Below, in pieces: positions 28,001-43,000 of a stretch of DNA of 64,000 nucleotides. The DNA lies in contig NC_092671.1 in the NCBI RefSeq assembly GCF_964355755.1, positions 24,068,070-24,132,069 of the forward strand, read 5' to 3'. Made by a program: the position numbers and the translations under genes. The stretch comes from Antedon mediterranea (Eukaryota; Animalia; Echinodermata). The notes under the pieces are model-generated. The model was not told the DNA's origin. It saw only the letters and a list, made by a program, of their open reading frames with translations, and did not search any database. How positions within the stretch are numbered: position 1 is the first letter of the stretch; every line of letters starts with the position of its first letter.

Positions 28001-31000
28001 AAAAGTTAATTAAGTCATCATTAATTGCATATATTAAATTTAAAAAAATTAATTTCAACCATCAAACAAATTATGACATTTTCTTAGGCCAAAATAACAA
28101 ACTTGACATTAACTTTCTTCCTTCAAAAGTTCATAGTTGGGGAGCCAGAGGGGGTTTACCTGCACCCTCTAGCAAACTATAACAATGTTTTTTTGCTTCC
28201 TTATATCAATACAAATCAATTTTTTGCTGTTGGCCGAAAAAAAATTGGGATGCTCGGTCAGTACAGGGGCCAAAAGGTCAATATGGTCAAAGTTAAGACT
28301 TTGCGTAACTTGGTAACTACTGGGTGTATTATATTTGCGTTAGCAAGATCCTATCATATATTATAAACAACTAAAGATTCTGAGAAAATCAATCGATCAA
28401 TATATCTTCAATCAATCAATTAGCTTTATTTACAGTAAATCAATGCATATTAACCTATAATTCGTCATAGTGACGAATTAAATCTAGTTTATTTATTTAT
28501 TTTATTCACAATATTTAACCAGGGTGGCCTAATCAGTAAAAAAAAAAAAGGTCTCCCTTGTGGCCCTGGGTACAATAGTACTTTGTAAACTAAAATATAA
28601 AAATAACAGTAACATAATAATGCCTTAAAGTTACTTTTGAAAACATTTAAATTACTTGACGATTTAGTTTCTTCAGTGTTAAAAAGATCAGCACCTTTCC
28701 ATTTAAATGAATGCTTATACAGTAGTACCGGTACTCTGTTCTACATTTTTCAAGGGAAAGTGATTTGCAACTATTTCTTGTAAAATGATCATGATTTTCA
28801 TTAGAAAATTTAAAATATGATTTAAGGTATTCGGGTACATCTTCATTTAAACACGTAAACACTATTAAAGATGATCGTTTGAGATAAAATAAATCACAAA
28901 AAGGTTTAACCAACCAAGTGATGTGAACATATCTTTAGAAGGTGTGAGGAAATGTCCATTTAATATTAATCTTCCTCCACGTTTTTGAAGTTTAGTAAGT
29001 TTGTCAAGATCATTATCAAAACGTTTAGACCATACAGTACTGCCACACTCCCAGATAAGTGTGATTTCCAGTTTCCACCTTGATTTAGGGTGAAAATACA
29101 TCAAAGAAGCTGTGATTCATGATGCACTTCGTGCTATACAATACATATATAAACATATTATTAAACCAGTCTGCCACTGCCACAAAAGAACAAACGCGCA
29201 TGTAGCATGGATGTTAGACATTCAATAGTTAAATAATAATGGATTTACAATTTAACTCCTAGGTGGAATGAGATTTATATTAGATGAATGATAATAAGAA
29301 AAACCAGAGAGCCGAAAAGGATAACTCTTAAAATTACATTAAAACTTTAATACGATAAAAATTATTAAGTGTAAAAATTCTAAAAAAACACATTCCTTAA
29401 ATAAAACGATGTGCACGATGTTCGTTTGGCTGTTTGATAAGGTATTCAAAATGTACATAAATATGTTCTAATTGTAATGTAGTGTTGTATTTAAAAACAA
29501 TTCATATTTAATTGGTGGCGCGATAATTAATACAATACGATCGACATTAACCGTGAAAAATTTCCTTGCAATTTCCGAACGCTGCGTTCAGCAGTCCTCG
29601 TCGTTTCCCAAAATCGTTCATGCTGGCGGTGGTGTGATAGGATGGAAGGGATTTCTGCTTGGGCTAGGGGTAGTAGGCTATCAAGCAATGGTGTTGGTAA
29701 GAGGAGAAAGAAGGCTGGGGGTCGCAGTATCAAAATTAGATATTTTAATTATCAGCCAATATGACACCTATTCATTTACACTTTCTAGGCAGATTATAGA
29801 CTATATATAGCATGTAGTTGTTCTTTATTTAACAGTGTATTACCTTATATTCACCAATGTACTAAATTCTTTGTAAAACTCACTAGGAGTGGTAGAGCAT
29901 CAATGAATGATAATTTTATATTACATTAATTCTTAACTTTAGATTAAGATTTTAAAATTCAACACAATAACATCTTACTTGTGTTTTAGCTGCCTTTCTT
30001 TTGATAATACCTGAAGACCTGTGCAACACACGCCAATAACAATATCTTTCTTGTCAAATGATTCTGCAGTGAAGTACTCAACTCCATAGCCTTTCAGTTT
30101 ACTAACTTTGTTGATAAACTTTATCTCAGCAAAAGATTTGGTCATATTCGCATCTAACCTACGATGAGCAATCTCCAACTCTGACAATTTATTTTCACTG
30201 TAAAGAAAAAACCATGTGCAATAGCATTAAAAACCTTTTCGGCCTCTTTGTCCAAGCAGAAACCAACAAGCACCAAGTTAAAGCATTGACAACTTGAAAA
30301 AGAAACACACATGTATTTGACCTTAGTGTAGGCCTAATGTCCAGGTGATTAAAAAAATCATCTTAAACTTCATGGATCACTGATCTTATCTTTTAATGTA
30401 AAACTGCGCAATTTTTACTCTAGGTAGCAAGATCAACTTTCGTATGCACTTTGAGGTCCAGATAATTTGACTTCAGAAATTGGTTTAGGATGGTCAAACA
30501 ATCATTTTTGGCTTGGTTACACCTTTTGAAAATGTGGCGAAAGGTCAGTGTGAAACACCAATAGGTCCTTAAATCTCGACAACAACTCACAGCAAGGTAA
30601 TTTTGGTCTCAAATTGATAAGAAGGTATACATTTATATTACTGTAGGTATCCCAATGTAAAAATTCAAATTAATGATGGTACTTTTTCTTTTAGTTAATT
30701 TACTGAACCTAATCTTTTGAAATTTAAATGAATGAAATCGGATTATCCATTCAAAAGTTATGGTCCGTTGAAGTTTCCAAAAAACAACGATTTTTGCTTT
30801 ATTATAGTTTTTGAAGGGTTATAACTTTTATATTAATAACTTTAAAGTTCTTATTTTTGCCAAACCCATAGATACCACAGAGTTGTACAAGACTATTTTG
30901 GGGTCTTCAACTACTACACGCGGTTTTTCTGGGAGTACGTGGTGTTGTAAGCTGAATGAGCTATTCAATTGAGGTGGTTGAAGAAGGTATTTTTAAAATA

Positions 31001-34000
31001 CTTTAAATATTCGTCATCTAGCTTTATTACATCTAAATTTGTAAGTTTCAACATTTCATAATTTATTTGTTTATAGTTTTGCCTAAAAGGCCTACTATTT
31101 CACAATTTAAACAGTTTATATCAATCTTCTTTAACCCGTAAGATTAGGGCCTAGTTGTCTGCAAGGACCTCTTGTGCTGATTTAAATAGGCCCTCCCTAG
31201 ACATTTTTCTCGTCGAGTAGGTTGGGCAATGAATGTAAATCTAGTACTTAGGAGGCAGACCAGTTGTATTATACTTATCATTGGTTATCCGCAACGAAGT
31301 TGTAGGATAACCTCTTGTGATTGTACGAAATCATCATCATCATCATCTTTTTTTTCATCTTCTTTCTTTCTGTATGATTTTTGTGTAACGCTTTTCTCTA
31401 AAACTTGCAAACATAACATTTTGTTAACTATGTTAACATTTTGACATTTATGTAACGTCGTCAAGCGAAGCTTTTCATGATGTTTACAATTGCGCAACGT
31501 GACGTACGCGCGATTTAACGATTTTCTCGTATTTAACATATGTCGAAAACCAAATAACATTTTAAAGTGAAACTTTGCAAAAGTTTAATTTACTAGATGG
31601 TATGCTCGCTTCGCTTGCGTACCATCTAGGTCGTGCCCACAGATGGTTCTCGAATATACAGTAATTTCAGCGTAACAAAACTGGCGATTTCAAATGTACG
31701 TACTGCAGGACTATAAATACATTGTCGTTTACAGAAACGAATAAATAGACACGATGATTTATGTAGTCAACTAAAATTAGCACCCTGGGAATTACTTCCG
31801 AAGGAGAAACTTATCACAAAATGAGTCCAAATTTTTGATTTGGACTCATTTAAAGAAACAAAATTTGTGTTTTGTATGTAACATTAGGGTTGAGGGATGG
31901 GAAAGCGGATAGGTACAAAGAGGAACAATTTTTAAATATATTCTTTATCCACTCAGTAACGAAATATTTTGTTCATGTTTTATAAGCCTATACATAATAT
32001 ACCTCTAAATACAGTAAAACATTTGCGATTTAATACTTTGTTAAAACTGTCACTGTCATAATCGATTGAAATATTAAAGTAAATGTCACGATACACCACT
32101 ACGACGTTTATATTTTTGGTAATTATTAATTAATACAAACGTTGAGAAGGACACTGTCAGTATAAAGTTTATTTGTATATAATAATGTGTTTATATATCT
32201 AACAGTAGAGCCTATCCACAATCTATATATAAATTTACGTAAGGGCAAAATTCGGTAAATCGCGCCTTACTTCTAGAATTTTCACTCGATGGTATGTAAA
32301 GTTGGTTCGTACTTTCGGTACTTATTTTAACCGCCTGATGTAACCCTGTTTACTAATTAAATTGAGTTAGATAATTAGTTATTGACGATTAAAACGAATT
32401 TAGGTTCAAAGATTTGCCCCAAATAGGGGTGTTTTCCGATCGTGGTATACACTGTCTAATGGATGTCCATCTTGAAAAATACCCGCCAAAAAAATGCGAG
32501 GAGGCTTCGCATTTTTCTATCTCCTCCTACGATAATTGTTTTTAATAGCTGAAAACCGGTTGAACAGCTAGAGTACACCATCATAATGTTGAAGACAGGC
32601 CGATTTTCTTTAAAAAATACTATTTTGATAGATTTAATATACGATTATACAAATGTATTGATTTGCGATGAATGGAACATCCCAATCTCTCAGTCTGCCA
32701 GAGTTGGTTTAACACAAGTACTGTAGGTAAATTTATGAGCCCTTGGTTTAACACATACGGTAGGTAAATATATGGGCCCTTTGAGAATAAACTTGCAATA
32801 CTTTGACAATACTGTAAATACCTATTAACTATTTTTCATTTGAATCGAACATTTCTTACTGTGAATGTTCGTACTGTTAGATGTAATATAAAAATATATA
32901 CAAATAAACTTTATTACTGAGACTGTGGATAGGCTCTACTGTTAGATATACAAATAAACTGTATACTGACAGTTCCTTCTCAACGTTTGTATTAATTAAT
33001 AATTACCAAAAATATAAACGTCGTAGTGGTGTATCGTGACATGTACTTTAATATTTCAATCGATTATGACAGTGACAATTTTAACAAAGTATTAAATCGC
33101 AAATGTTTTAGGCCTACTGTATTTAGAGGTATATTATTTATAGGCCTATAAAACATGAACAAAATATTTCGTTACTCAGTGGATAAAGAATATATTTAAA
33201 AATTGTTCCTCTTTGTACCTATCCGCTTTCCCATCCCTCAACCCTAATGTTACATAGCGAGGAGGCTTCGCATTTTCCTATCTCCTCCTACGATAATTGT
33301 TTTTAATAGCTGAAAACCGGTTGAACAGCTAGAGTACACCATCATAATGTTGAAGACAGGCCGATTTTCTTTAAAAAAATACTATTTTGATAGATTGCTA
33401 GAGTACACCATCATAATGTTTAAGACAGGCCGATTTTCTTTAAAAAATACTATTTTGATAGATTTAATATACGATTATACAAATGTATTGATTTGCGATG
33501 AATGGAACATCCAGTAGTTTGGTTTAACACAAGTACTGTAGGTAAATTTATGAGCCCTTGGTTTAACACATACGGTAGGTAAATATATGGGCCCTTTGAG
33601 AATAAACTTGCAATAGGTTCGGAAAATGTTAAAAACCAATTTCTATTATTTGAATCGGTAAACAGTTTCCATTTATTATACATTGATAATGAAACATGAA
33701 ATATTCCTATTTATGTCCCTCGAGGTTCATTACAATTTATATTTAGTAGTCCCACGGACTTCATCTTAGCCACTCCCCCGAGTGCTAAGGCCAAATTTAT
33801 GATACCCTACTTTCTATGTAGTTACAGTTAGTTCTTGACGATAATAATAATACAACGAATTTAGGTTACACCCTTCGGCCGCGAAAACGTTTCTGTACAA
33901 ATATGATACCGATTGGCTTTATTTCATTCAACAGCGACCATAATCTTGGCAATTACAGGATAGATAAACTATTTTATTATTGATGTGCTTATAAATTAAG

Positions 34001-37000
34001 ACTCATGTAAACAGCTTGATTACATCATTTTACAGACAAACGAAACTTTTTTAAACCTACTGTTTCAATAACTGAGTATAATACTGTATACGTTTTCATA
34101 AGTAAGTGCATATACATTTTCGTGTTTTCATTGACGAGATTGTAATAGTAACTTCAGTAACTATTACAGTACTTATTTATTATACGACACAAGACAATTG
34201 TATCTGACAGGTACGTACATTATTCTAAAAAATAAGTCTAGATAGATCCCTTAGGCGTCATAAATCACAGGCCAACAAATCAGTACTCATGACAGAAATT
34301 CGACCCAGTTTGGTTCACACAAATGTTTACAGGAAGTTCAACACCACAACCGATGATTTGCCCTAAATATTTAGGTAGACTACAGTTTAATTTTTCACTG
34401 AATAGGAGCTTGAATTTCCGATTTCCATTTCGCAAAATGTCTAGGTCTATTTATTTAGTTTGGTTCTTATAATATATAAATACAATCAACTTTATTACTG
34501 CGGTTCCATCACCACCACCACGTGCTGCCGCCCAATTCCCGTACATACATTTCCATTTCTCCCTAATTTCTTTAATCCACATAAATTAATTGTCCTTTAT
34601 GGAATCCAGTATTGGTTTTGTTGTCTCTATTTCTGAATACCCCAATTAGGGGGACACTTCCGTTTTTGTTTAGTGTCCCAAAAAAGTCCCCGTCCGTGGA
34701 TTCTACTGTATTCGAGAACCATCTGTGAGCACCCCTAGATGGTACGCGAGCGAAGCGAGCGTGCCATCTAGTGTTAGTAATACAGTTTATTATTATCTAA
34801 CAGGACGAACATTCACAGTAAGAAATGTTCGATTCAAATGAGGACCAAAAATAGTATTTACAGTATTGTCAAAGTATTGCAAGTTTATTCTCAAAGGGCC
34901 CATATATTTACCTACCGTATGTGTTAAACCAAGGGCTCATAAATTTACCGACTTGTGTTAAACCAAACTCTGGCAGACTGAGAGATTGGGATGTTCCATT
35001 CATCGCAAATCAATACATTTGTATAATCGTATATTAAATCTATCAAAATAGTATTTTTTTAAGAAAATCGGCCTGTCTTCAACATTATGATGGTGTACTC
35101 TAGCTGTTCAACCGGTTTTCAGCTATTAAAAACAATTATCGTAGGAGGAGATAGGAAAATGTGAAGCCTCCTCGCATTTTTGTGGCGGGTATTTTTCAAG
35201 ATGGACATCCATTAGACAGTGTATACCACGATCGGAAAACACCCCTATTTGGGGCAAATCGTTGAACCTAAATTCGTTTTAATCGTCAATAACTAATTAT
35301 CTAACTTAATTTAATTAGTAAACAGGGTTACATCAGGTGGTTAAAATCAGTACCGAAAGTACGAACCAACTTTACATACCATCGAGTAAAAATTCTAGAA
35401 GTAAGGCGCGATTTACCGAATTTTGCCCTTACGTAAATTTATATAGATATCATGCGCTAACTTTCTGTTGAAAAAAAATATGCGTGTTTCACACAAAGTT
35501 ACGCGCGCACGCGCATTTAAAATTTCAAAATGCGCAAAATTAATTTCTAATCAACTTTCTACGCGTTTCATGTCATTTTAAGCATGTCAAAAATTCCCAC
35601 GCGTGCGCAAATGTTTACGTGTGCGGTGCGCACGTAGCATTAAAAACATTATTTTTTCGCGTGATTTATGTTTTTCCAGCCTCTTCTAGTAATTTTACCA
35701 ACTTTTACACAATTTCGACTTAAAGTTACGTCATACGAGCACGTCGAATTGGACAATATGGGCGCGTTTTTGATGAAAAAGTTCAAAAATTCGTCAAAAA
35801 TATGCCTTTTTTTAAACGGTAAACTGCACGGTCAACTTTTTGTGGATGACATTTTCTGGAAGTTGATGAGTTGTAGATATCGGATCATGTATTAATATGG
35901 CTAACCGGACATTGTGGCGTCACCGTGTGGCCACGCGAATATACAATTTAGGATTAGTTCAATCAACTATCTTTCGCATGAGTTAAAAATATTTTAATTT
36001 TTATGACGTCATCATGCCTAAAAATTGAAATTACGTGTGGCATTAATTTCATCTTTACAGTAAATTTTAAACTGTTATAGCTCGCAAGAATAAAATGTGA
36101 TAACCACAATTAAAACGTTTTCCGGAAGCTATTGGATTGTAGATACGAAATCATGTAAACATTTTGCCAATCGGATGTTGTGACGTCATCATATGGCCAG
36201 TTAAATGAGAAAAGTCGTATTTTTATCTTTTGCATTATAATTCAATACATTTAAAAGAGCAGGCCAAATAAGACGTTATTTTTACAGGATAGAGGGCGGC
36301 AAACCATGTTTTTCTCGTATCAGAGCCGTTCATCGTTGTTAGGAGATATGTGATTTCTATTACATTTTCTGGTTTGTTTGTCAGTTGCTTGTCCGGCCTG
36401 TAGGTCATAATGCCAACGTGTACACTTTCTTTTGGCCTCAACCTATCCCCTTAATGTTAAAAGGTACGTCGTTAAACGTCCATGTTTCACCACTTGCGCG
36501 GCGGATAACCAAACTCGTCAAAGTGACGAGTTTCATGTCTAGTTTTTATTAATATTGTATTATACGATCATAAATAGGCATAGCAATGATTATTTATATT
36601 TAATCATTATATTCTAGGCAGTATATACTACTCAATCATCATGACGGCAGACAAACGAAAACAATCAACGTTGTTCAGTTTTTTTGGAGCATCAACCGCA
36701 AAAAATCCTCGTATTGAAGGTACTGAAAGTGGTGCCAGAAGAAACGAGCGATGAAGATGAATTACCCAACAAGACGAGATATACGGACATATATGATGCT
36801 GTCACATCAGCACAAGTAAGCCTAACTTCTGAAACAAAGCTACATTTAATCATAAATCGTGAGCCAGAGGCCGGGTTCAAGTTTCCTGCTAAACTGTACA
36901 ATGATAGAAGCGAAAAAGGAGGAAAAAAACAACGATACTGCTCAAGAGATTGGCTGAAAAAGTATGACTTTTTAAGCTATTCGAAGTCCGCAGATGGCCT

Positions 37001-40000
37001 CTTTTGCCTCTGTTGTGTCCTTTTTCTGGTAACTCCTTGTCGAGGAAGGAAGGCAAAAAATCTCGTCACACATCCTTTTCGTAATTGGAAAGATGCCCAG
37101 TCAGACATACCGACCCATGCACATCTCCAATATCACCAGGATTCTGAACTTCTTATGAGAAACTTCATGCACACCACGGAAACACCTACGCTCATCATCG
37201 AAAATCGCCTTGCATCACAAAATAGAAGACAGGTACGTAAGAACCGATTGTTTCTGATTTGAATTGTCAAGTGTTTAGATAAAGCCTCTATGTGAAACCA
37301 ATCATAATTTAATGCATACCAATTACCATACACATTGCCTGGGCGACGGTAATTTAGTAATAAGCTGAGAACTGAACCACCCTGCAAGGAAAAACACTTT
37401 TATATTCGGTAGGGATTATTTTTTTCAGTGGTTGGTCTTGTTGGCCTCGTCGCACGACGGCCACTCAAAGTAAAATAAAACTAGATTTCAACTCATCACT
37501 TTGACGAGTTCGAAATGCAACATGCACATACGTTAAAATACATGAACGTTTACAATTATTATGCCATCTTATGACATGAGACATATGCTTACTGTGCTGA
37601 ATTGTACCTATTTTGTTTCATTCATGTATCAGCATATTGCAGTAGAATACACTTTATGTTATATACAGTGTAGCATAGATGAAATTACGAGGCCCATATT
37701 TTAATCCAATTTTTAATACGATAGAAGATAATTATCTAAATAATATTAATACAAATTTGAAAAATTTTGGGCATGTAAAAGTAAGATGCGCTCTCTTTTA
37801 AACGCAAAAAACATTTACGAAAAAATGAAAATCTGACTTTTTGAATTCAACTGGGCATATCATGGTATCAGATAGATAATTTTTTATATGAATTCATACT
37901 GTATCTACAATTCAACAGCTTCCATAATAAGTTTTAATCATGTGGGTTACTTTTCATTCCGTGGAGCTATGACATATTGAAATATATGTACTGTATCTAT
38001 GAAATTAAGCAAGTCACGTTATTCTATTATTATTTTTATGACATAATAACATTTTTTATTGTTGTAGCTCATGTGAAAGAGAATTGATTGAGAAAGAACA
38101 TATTAAAATCTTGGGCGAAATAGGATAAGCATAAGCGCTCTTCTAAATGGGATTAACTAGTACTAAAGCGAAAAAATCCTATTTTAAAAATTTGAGTGGG
38201 CATATAGGCTAGGCAATCTATCATTTTGAGTGAAACAAATTGCAAACAATTTTCTTTTTTAAATGGTCACATATGATGAGGAGATCAATATTTAAGCATC
38301 ACACTTCTGTCACTCATCCGATGATATGCAAATTAGCTTAAATATGCATATTAGGATGAAATTACAGGGTTATATGAAATTACAAGTTATATGAAAATGC
38401 AAATTACAGTGAATTGTCATATCTCGAAAAACCCTAATGACCAATAGAGATGGCAACTTCCACCTGTTGTACTACTAATTTGCATACTTTCAAGGGAAGT
38501 AACAAAGGTGTGATTTTGAGAGTTAATAAACAGCTGTAGCTGTCATCATTCCGTATGACAGGTTGTATAATATTTTTGAATGTCACCGACAAATTATACA
38601 TAAGGGCCTATACACGTCTGATCCCAGTGTAGATAATAAAACAATATATGTCTGGAGATTTATTACCAATACCACTAGATTTTAAGTACTGAATGCATTG
38701 ACAATAAAAACATTTTAAAATCATGTTATAGATCATACTACAACACACTACAGTACCTTATCCAGTGTTTATTTTTCTGTTTCACAAATCACTACAGTAG
38801 CTTGTTGCAGAAGCTTAAAACAAACAAGGCTGCAGGCCCAGACAACTTGTCTCCCAAGCTATTCCAGCTCTGTGCCCCGACATTTGCCCCAGTTCTTTAC
38901 GAGTTGTTTAAAATTTAAATTTCATCAGGTTGTGTGCCAGAGGGTTGGAAGAGGGCACATTTCACCCCTATCTTTAAGAAAGGAGTGACTGCCAAATTTT
39001 AACTACCGCCCGGTTTTTTTTTATAGATATCTCGAAGGCCTATGACCGGATGCCTCATGACATTCTCCTCAATAAGCTTTCCCAGCAATTTAACATTACT
39101 GGTGATATATGGTACTGGTTAAAGTCATTTTTAATTAAAAGATACCAAAAGTTTAAAAAAAATTTATATGGTCTTCATCTAACTGGGTGGAGGTAACCAG
39201 TGGGATACCTCAAGGCAGTGTACTCGGTCCCATTCTTTTTAACTTTTTTTTAACGATATTATTTGTTCACTTAAATGTAAAACTGCTATTTTTGCTGATG
39301 ATACTCTTTTTTATAATGCAATTAACTCTCCTCAGGATTCTCTAAACCTTCTAAGCTGATCTGGACCGAATTGGTCTGTGGAGCCAAGCAAATCGCATGC
39401 CTTTCAATGTTATGAAGACGAATGTCCTGCATGTCGCACGTTCGCGTAAATACCGTTTTTCTGGCTCTCCTATTAGTCCGGTGATATCTTTTAATTACGT
39501 TGGTGTAACTTTTAACTCAAAATTGACCTGGGATGACCATGTCCATGTCATTGTTTCCAAAACTAAACGTATGTTGGGCTTTGTGTGTGGCTGGACATGC
39601 TTTGACCAGTGCATTTTTGTCTTTGTACAAAAGTCTTGTTTTGCCTGGTCCGGAGTATGCGCAACCTGCTTGGTTTCCATGGACAAAGTCTTTGTCAGAT
39701 CAGCTTGAGGGGGTCCATAGGAGAGCAACTTGTCTTGCTCTCAAACAGCATCGTGGATGAAGATGTGCTATGAGGAGAGGTTAAATTTGCTTTCAATTTC
39801 ATCTTTGTCCATTAGAAGTGATAAATTTCTTATTATTTATATTTTGTTTTAAGGTTCTGGTGGGGTTTCTACTGTAGACTGCAGCACAGTTCATGACTGT
39901 ATTTTAATAAATACCCGTCACAATGATCGCCTGTGCTTCCGACATCAAGCGCAAAGGCCAAATGGGAGGGCACCAAGGCCATTTGTTTTAAATCGAAGTG

Positions 40001-43000
40001 GCACCAAGGCCAAAATTTAAAAATTAATAACTAGGCCAAAATTTTAAAATAGCTTTTTTCCAGGCGAGGAAAAAATTATACCTGCAACATTTTTTTGGGA
40101 TTTCCCCATATTCATCAGATTGCGTAGTAGTAGTAGTATAGGAGAGGACTGTCTACATCTTTTTGTATTTCATTTAAATAATACGTGTATTTACGATCCA
40201 TATAAATAATAAAGGTACGATGTTTAGCGTTTAAAGTTTACCGTCCTGTGTTGAATGTTTCGTTTAATTTCAAACAACGCGATCAAAAAAGAAATGTGAA
40301 GACAACCAAGGCCCAACAGGTAAAGACCCTAACAACAGCAAGCACTTAGCAGCACTAAGGCGCAGCGGACGGAGAAAACATGATACATAAACAATTTGTT
40401 TGTAGGCCTTAACTACAAATATTCAAACACAGAGTGTTAACCACGGTAAAAATCTAGCCAATGACATTATGTAGTAGAATATAAATTATAGTTATTTTCC
40501 GAGTTTCGATTTCTGAAGCTTTTTTGTTAGTATAATCCATATTTATAAGAATTCAAAACACGGACGGACGCCGTCCCTCTCTCTCTGTTTAGCCTTTTGC
40601 ACTTGTATTGTGGACTATACCATTTCCTTGAGTTCGGTAAAAATGCGTTTGTTAATTTTGTGTACGACGATGTTAAACAAGATTTTTCGATGATCTGTCG
40701 GCTGGATTATTGAGGTGGGTGCGATAAAATATAAATATAATATACTTCCAATGATCTTCGGGTTGAGGTGCGGGTTTAACTTTGGTACTAAAAGTGGACA
40801 CCCCTAATTTTACACATATAATGGACTACACCATGCAGAAACGCACATGGTATTTTCTTATCAGAGGGTGCGTGTGCGTCAAAAAGAATTGTTTTTCCAA
40901 CGATCCGATCCTTCGTACAGGATGTCTCGTGTGTGAAATTTCTTATCAGAGGGTGCGTGTGCGTCAAATGGAATTGTTTTCCCAATGTACAGTATTGAAT
41001 TGCGTGTGTTCAGTCGGATCATCGGCGGCGGAAGGATAGGCTAGGCTAGGAGTGCATGGAATTTTTTTTCACCGAAGGCGGCTAGCTCGATTATTGAGGT
41101 AGGGGTGGTGCGACTTTAATACTTTCAGTGTCTCCGACCGAGGAACGTTTTTAGTTTCATTATTAAAAGTGTACACCTCTGTATTTTAATGTACTATCTA
41201 TACCATGATTTACCACGAACGGTGGCCGGGACGATATTGTTTTGGTTACACAATGTTCGATGTTTTGTCTACTGTTTGTGTATTAATAAATGCGTTTAGG
41301 GAAATCCCCTTGCAACGAAGACAGGCGATATTTTTTCGTCTCGTCCGAGTCGTGTAAACAAATCTTGACATTATTTTCTATCTACTTCAGTGGTTTTTAT
41401 TGTGGTAAAACTCGGGAAGGGCACTCACGGCCAACGCAAAAAAAAGGGCAGGCCAGTAGTGGCTACAGTATGGGTGCTATTCATTTTCGAGGGCATTGAG
41501 GCCAACTAGGAGGGCACCGACGGCACTGGCCGCGGTAAAATTCGAGGCCTAGTAGGTTATAAAACAAATATTAAATGTTCTGTATTCTACGTCTCGTTAA
41601 ATATAGCAGTTAACTTTTCAACTCATGAAATATTCTCAACATCCAACAAACAAACATTTATTATTTGTATACTTACATTAAAGCTGGAAACACGGTATGA
41701 TATTGTGATGCAATAACATGTTGAATGCAGCCAAGTTCTGCCTGGGCAACTAATGCAAACAGATCTAACTTTTCTTGATCATGAACAACATAATGCCCCA
41801 GTAATAAACGATTCTTTAGTGTCAAGTAGTAGATATGCCTATAAAAAGAGAGACATTTTTATGAATGCACTTTACATGTACAGTATACACTTTCAAGGAT
41901 TTTAGATGGTAAAAATAGAAAAATGTTAAAACTTTCAGGATCATACGTAAATGATCTACAAGTTTTATGCCATTTAGAGAAATGTGGGCAATTACTATAG
42001 GTAAATTATAATTATGTAGGTATATCTCCCATAAAAAACAAATTGCAAAATATCAAAACCATTGAAATAAAAATAAAATGTAAATAAATTAACTTAACAA
42101 TTCATGTTTCCGCAGCAATGTGTTTGTCATTCGATTTTTTTCAATTTTTTTATTCTACCTCTATAACATTTAATTAACACTACTAAAAACACCCAAAATA
42201 ATATAGTTTGGCATTTTATATCGTTATGTGTTTGCACGCAACCTCTAATTCACACAGCACAATTTTTCTTTAGCGTCTTTTATTTAAAAAAAATCTGAAC
42301 AGTCAAAAGTAAAGTTAAAGTTCCATATCCACTATTGTTTTCATTTTATACTTTATAGCCTACAGTACATATATTTTGAAGTGAAGGGATATTGTATAAT
42401 AAATCAATGGCAGTAAATACAGTACTGTAGTTTCGAATTTTATTCGCGATAAAATTTTTTTTAATGCTGCTGCTCTAGCCAGCTACGAGGAATACTCATT
42501 CATAAGCTAAAGCAAGCATCAGTTATAGTATCTAAGGCCGACAGCTTTGCGACTTTGTAAACTGGACTATATTTTATAGATCCCATCTGCTGGACCCAAA
42601 AAACATCTGGGAAAAGAGAGTCTATGAGGGCTCACGGTTGAACGATTTTGAATTCTTGCTCTTTGATTGGTTGACGCGAATCAAAAGACTGGGAAGAATT
42701 GTCGTGAAGTCATGTTGTCTCGAGAGGGTATTCAGTTGCATGCCAACAGGTTGAGGTCACACACACACAACACAAAGTTCAAAATTGACCATTTTTAAAT
42801 GGGCATGTGAATCATAATTAAAGAACTATCTTTGATTTGTATGTATTTTTGCGATTAAAGGATTTAATTTAATAGTTAATCATAAATATATCTGAAGAAA
42901 GAACAATGAATAATTTTAAAATGTCGAGCAGCATTTTTTGTAAGAAATATTTCTTGTTATTTTAATAATTTGTCAAAGTACTTTTATGAGAGTGCGCTTT

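Larger units (their letters stand above)
25530..28488 (+). mobile_element. Helentron-like HINE family C hosting a family B insertion
   Basis: 5' ttatatgcatgatatgcatataac; 3' atgcatattaac..ttcgtcatagtgacgaa..ctagttt; body also seen at about 2255-2670. Confidence 0.65.
31285..36542 (+). mobile_element. HINE family B hosting nested Helitrons
   Basis: ttatccgc at 31285; gcggataac-aactcgtcaaagtgacgagt-ttcatgtctag at 36542; body interrupted at 31593-35447. Confidence 0.75.

Noticed and set aside
29527-29810. GC-richer patch with ORFs on both strands
   Set aside because: No recognisable motif or convincing splice context; not needed for the in-frame MYLIP model.
36684-37262. 192-aa ORF as a host zinc-finger gene
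   Set aside because: Non-ATG start, upstream frameshift and truncation before the catalytic domain; it is a hAT transposase relic.
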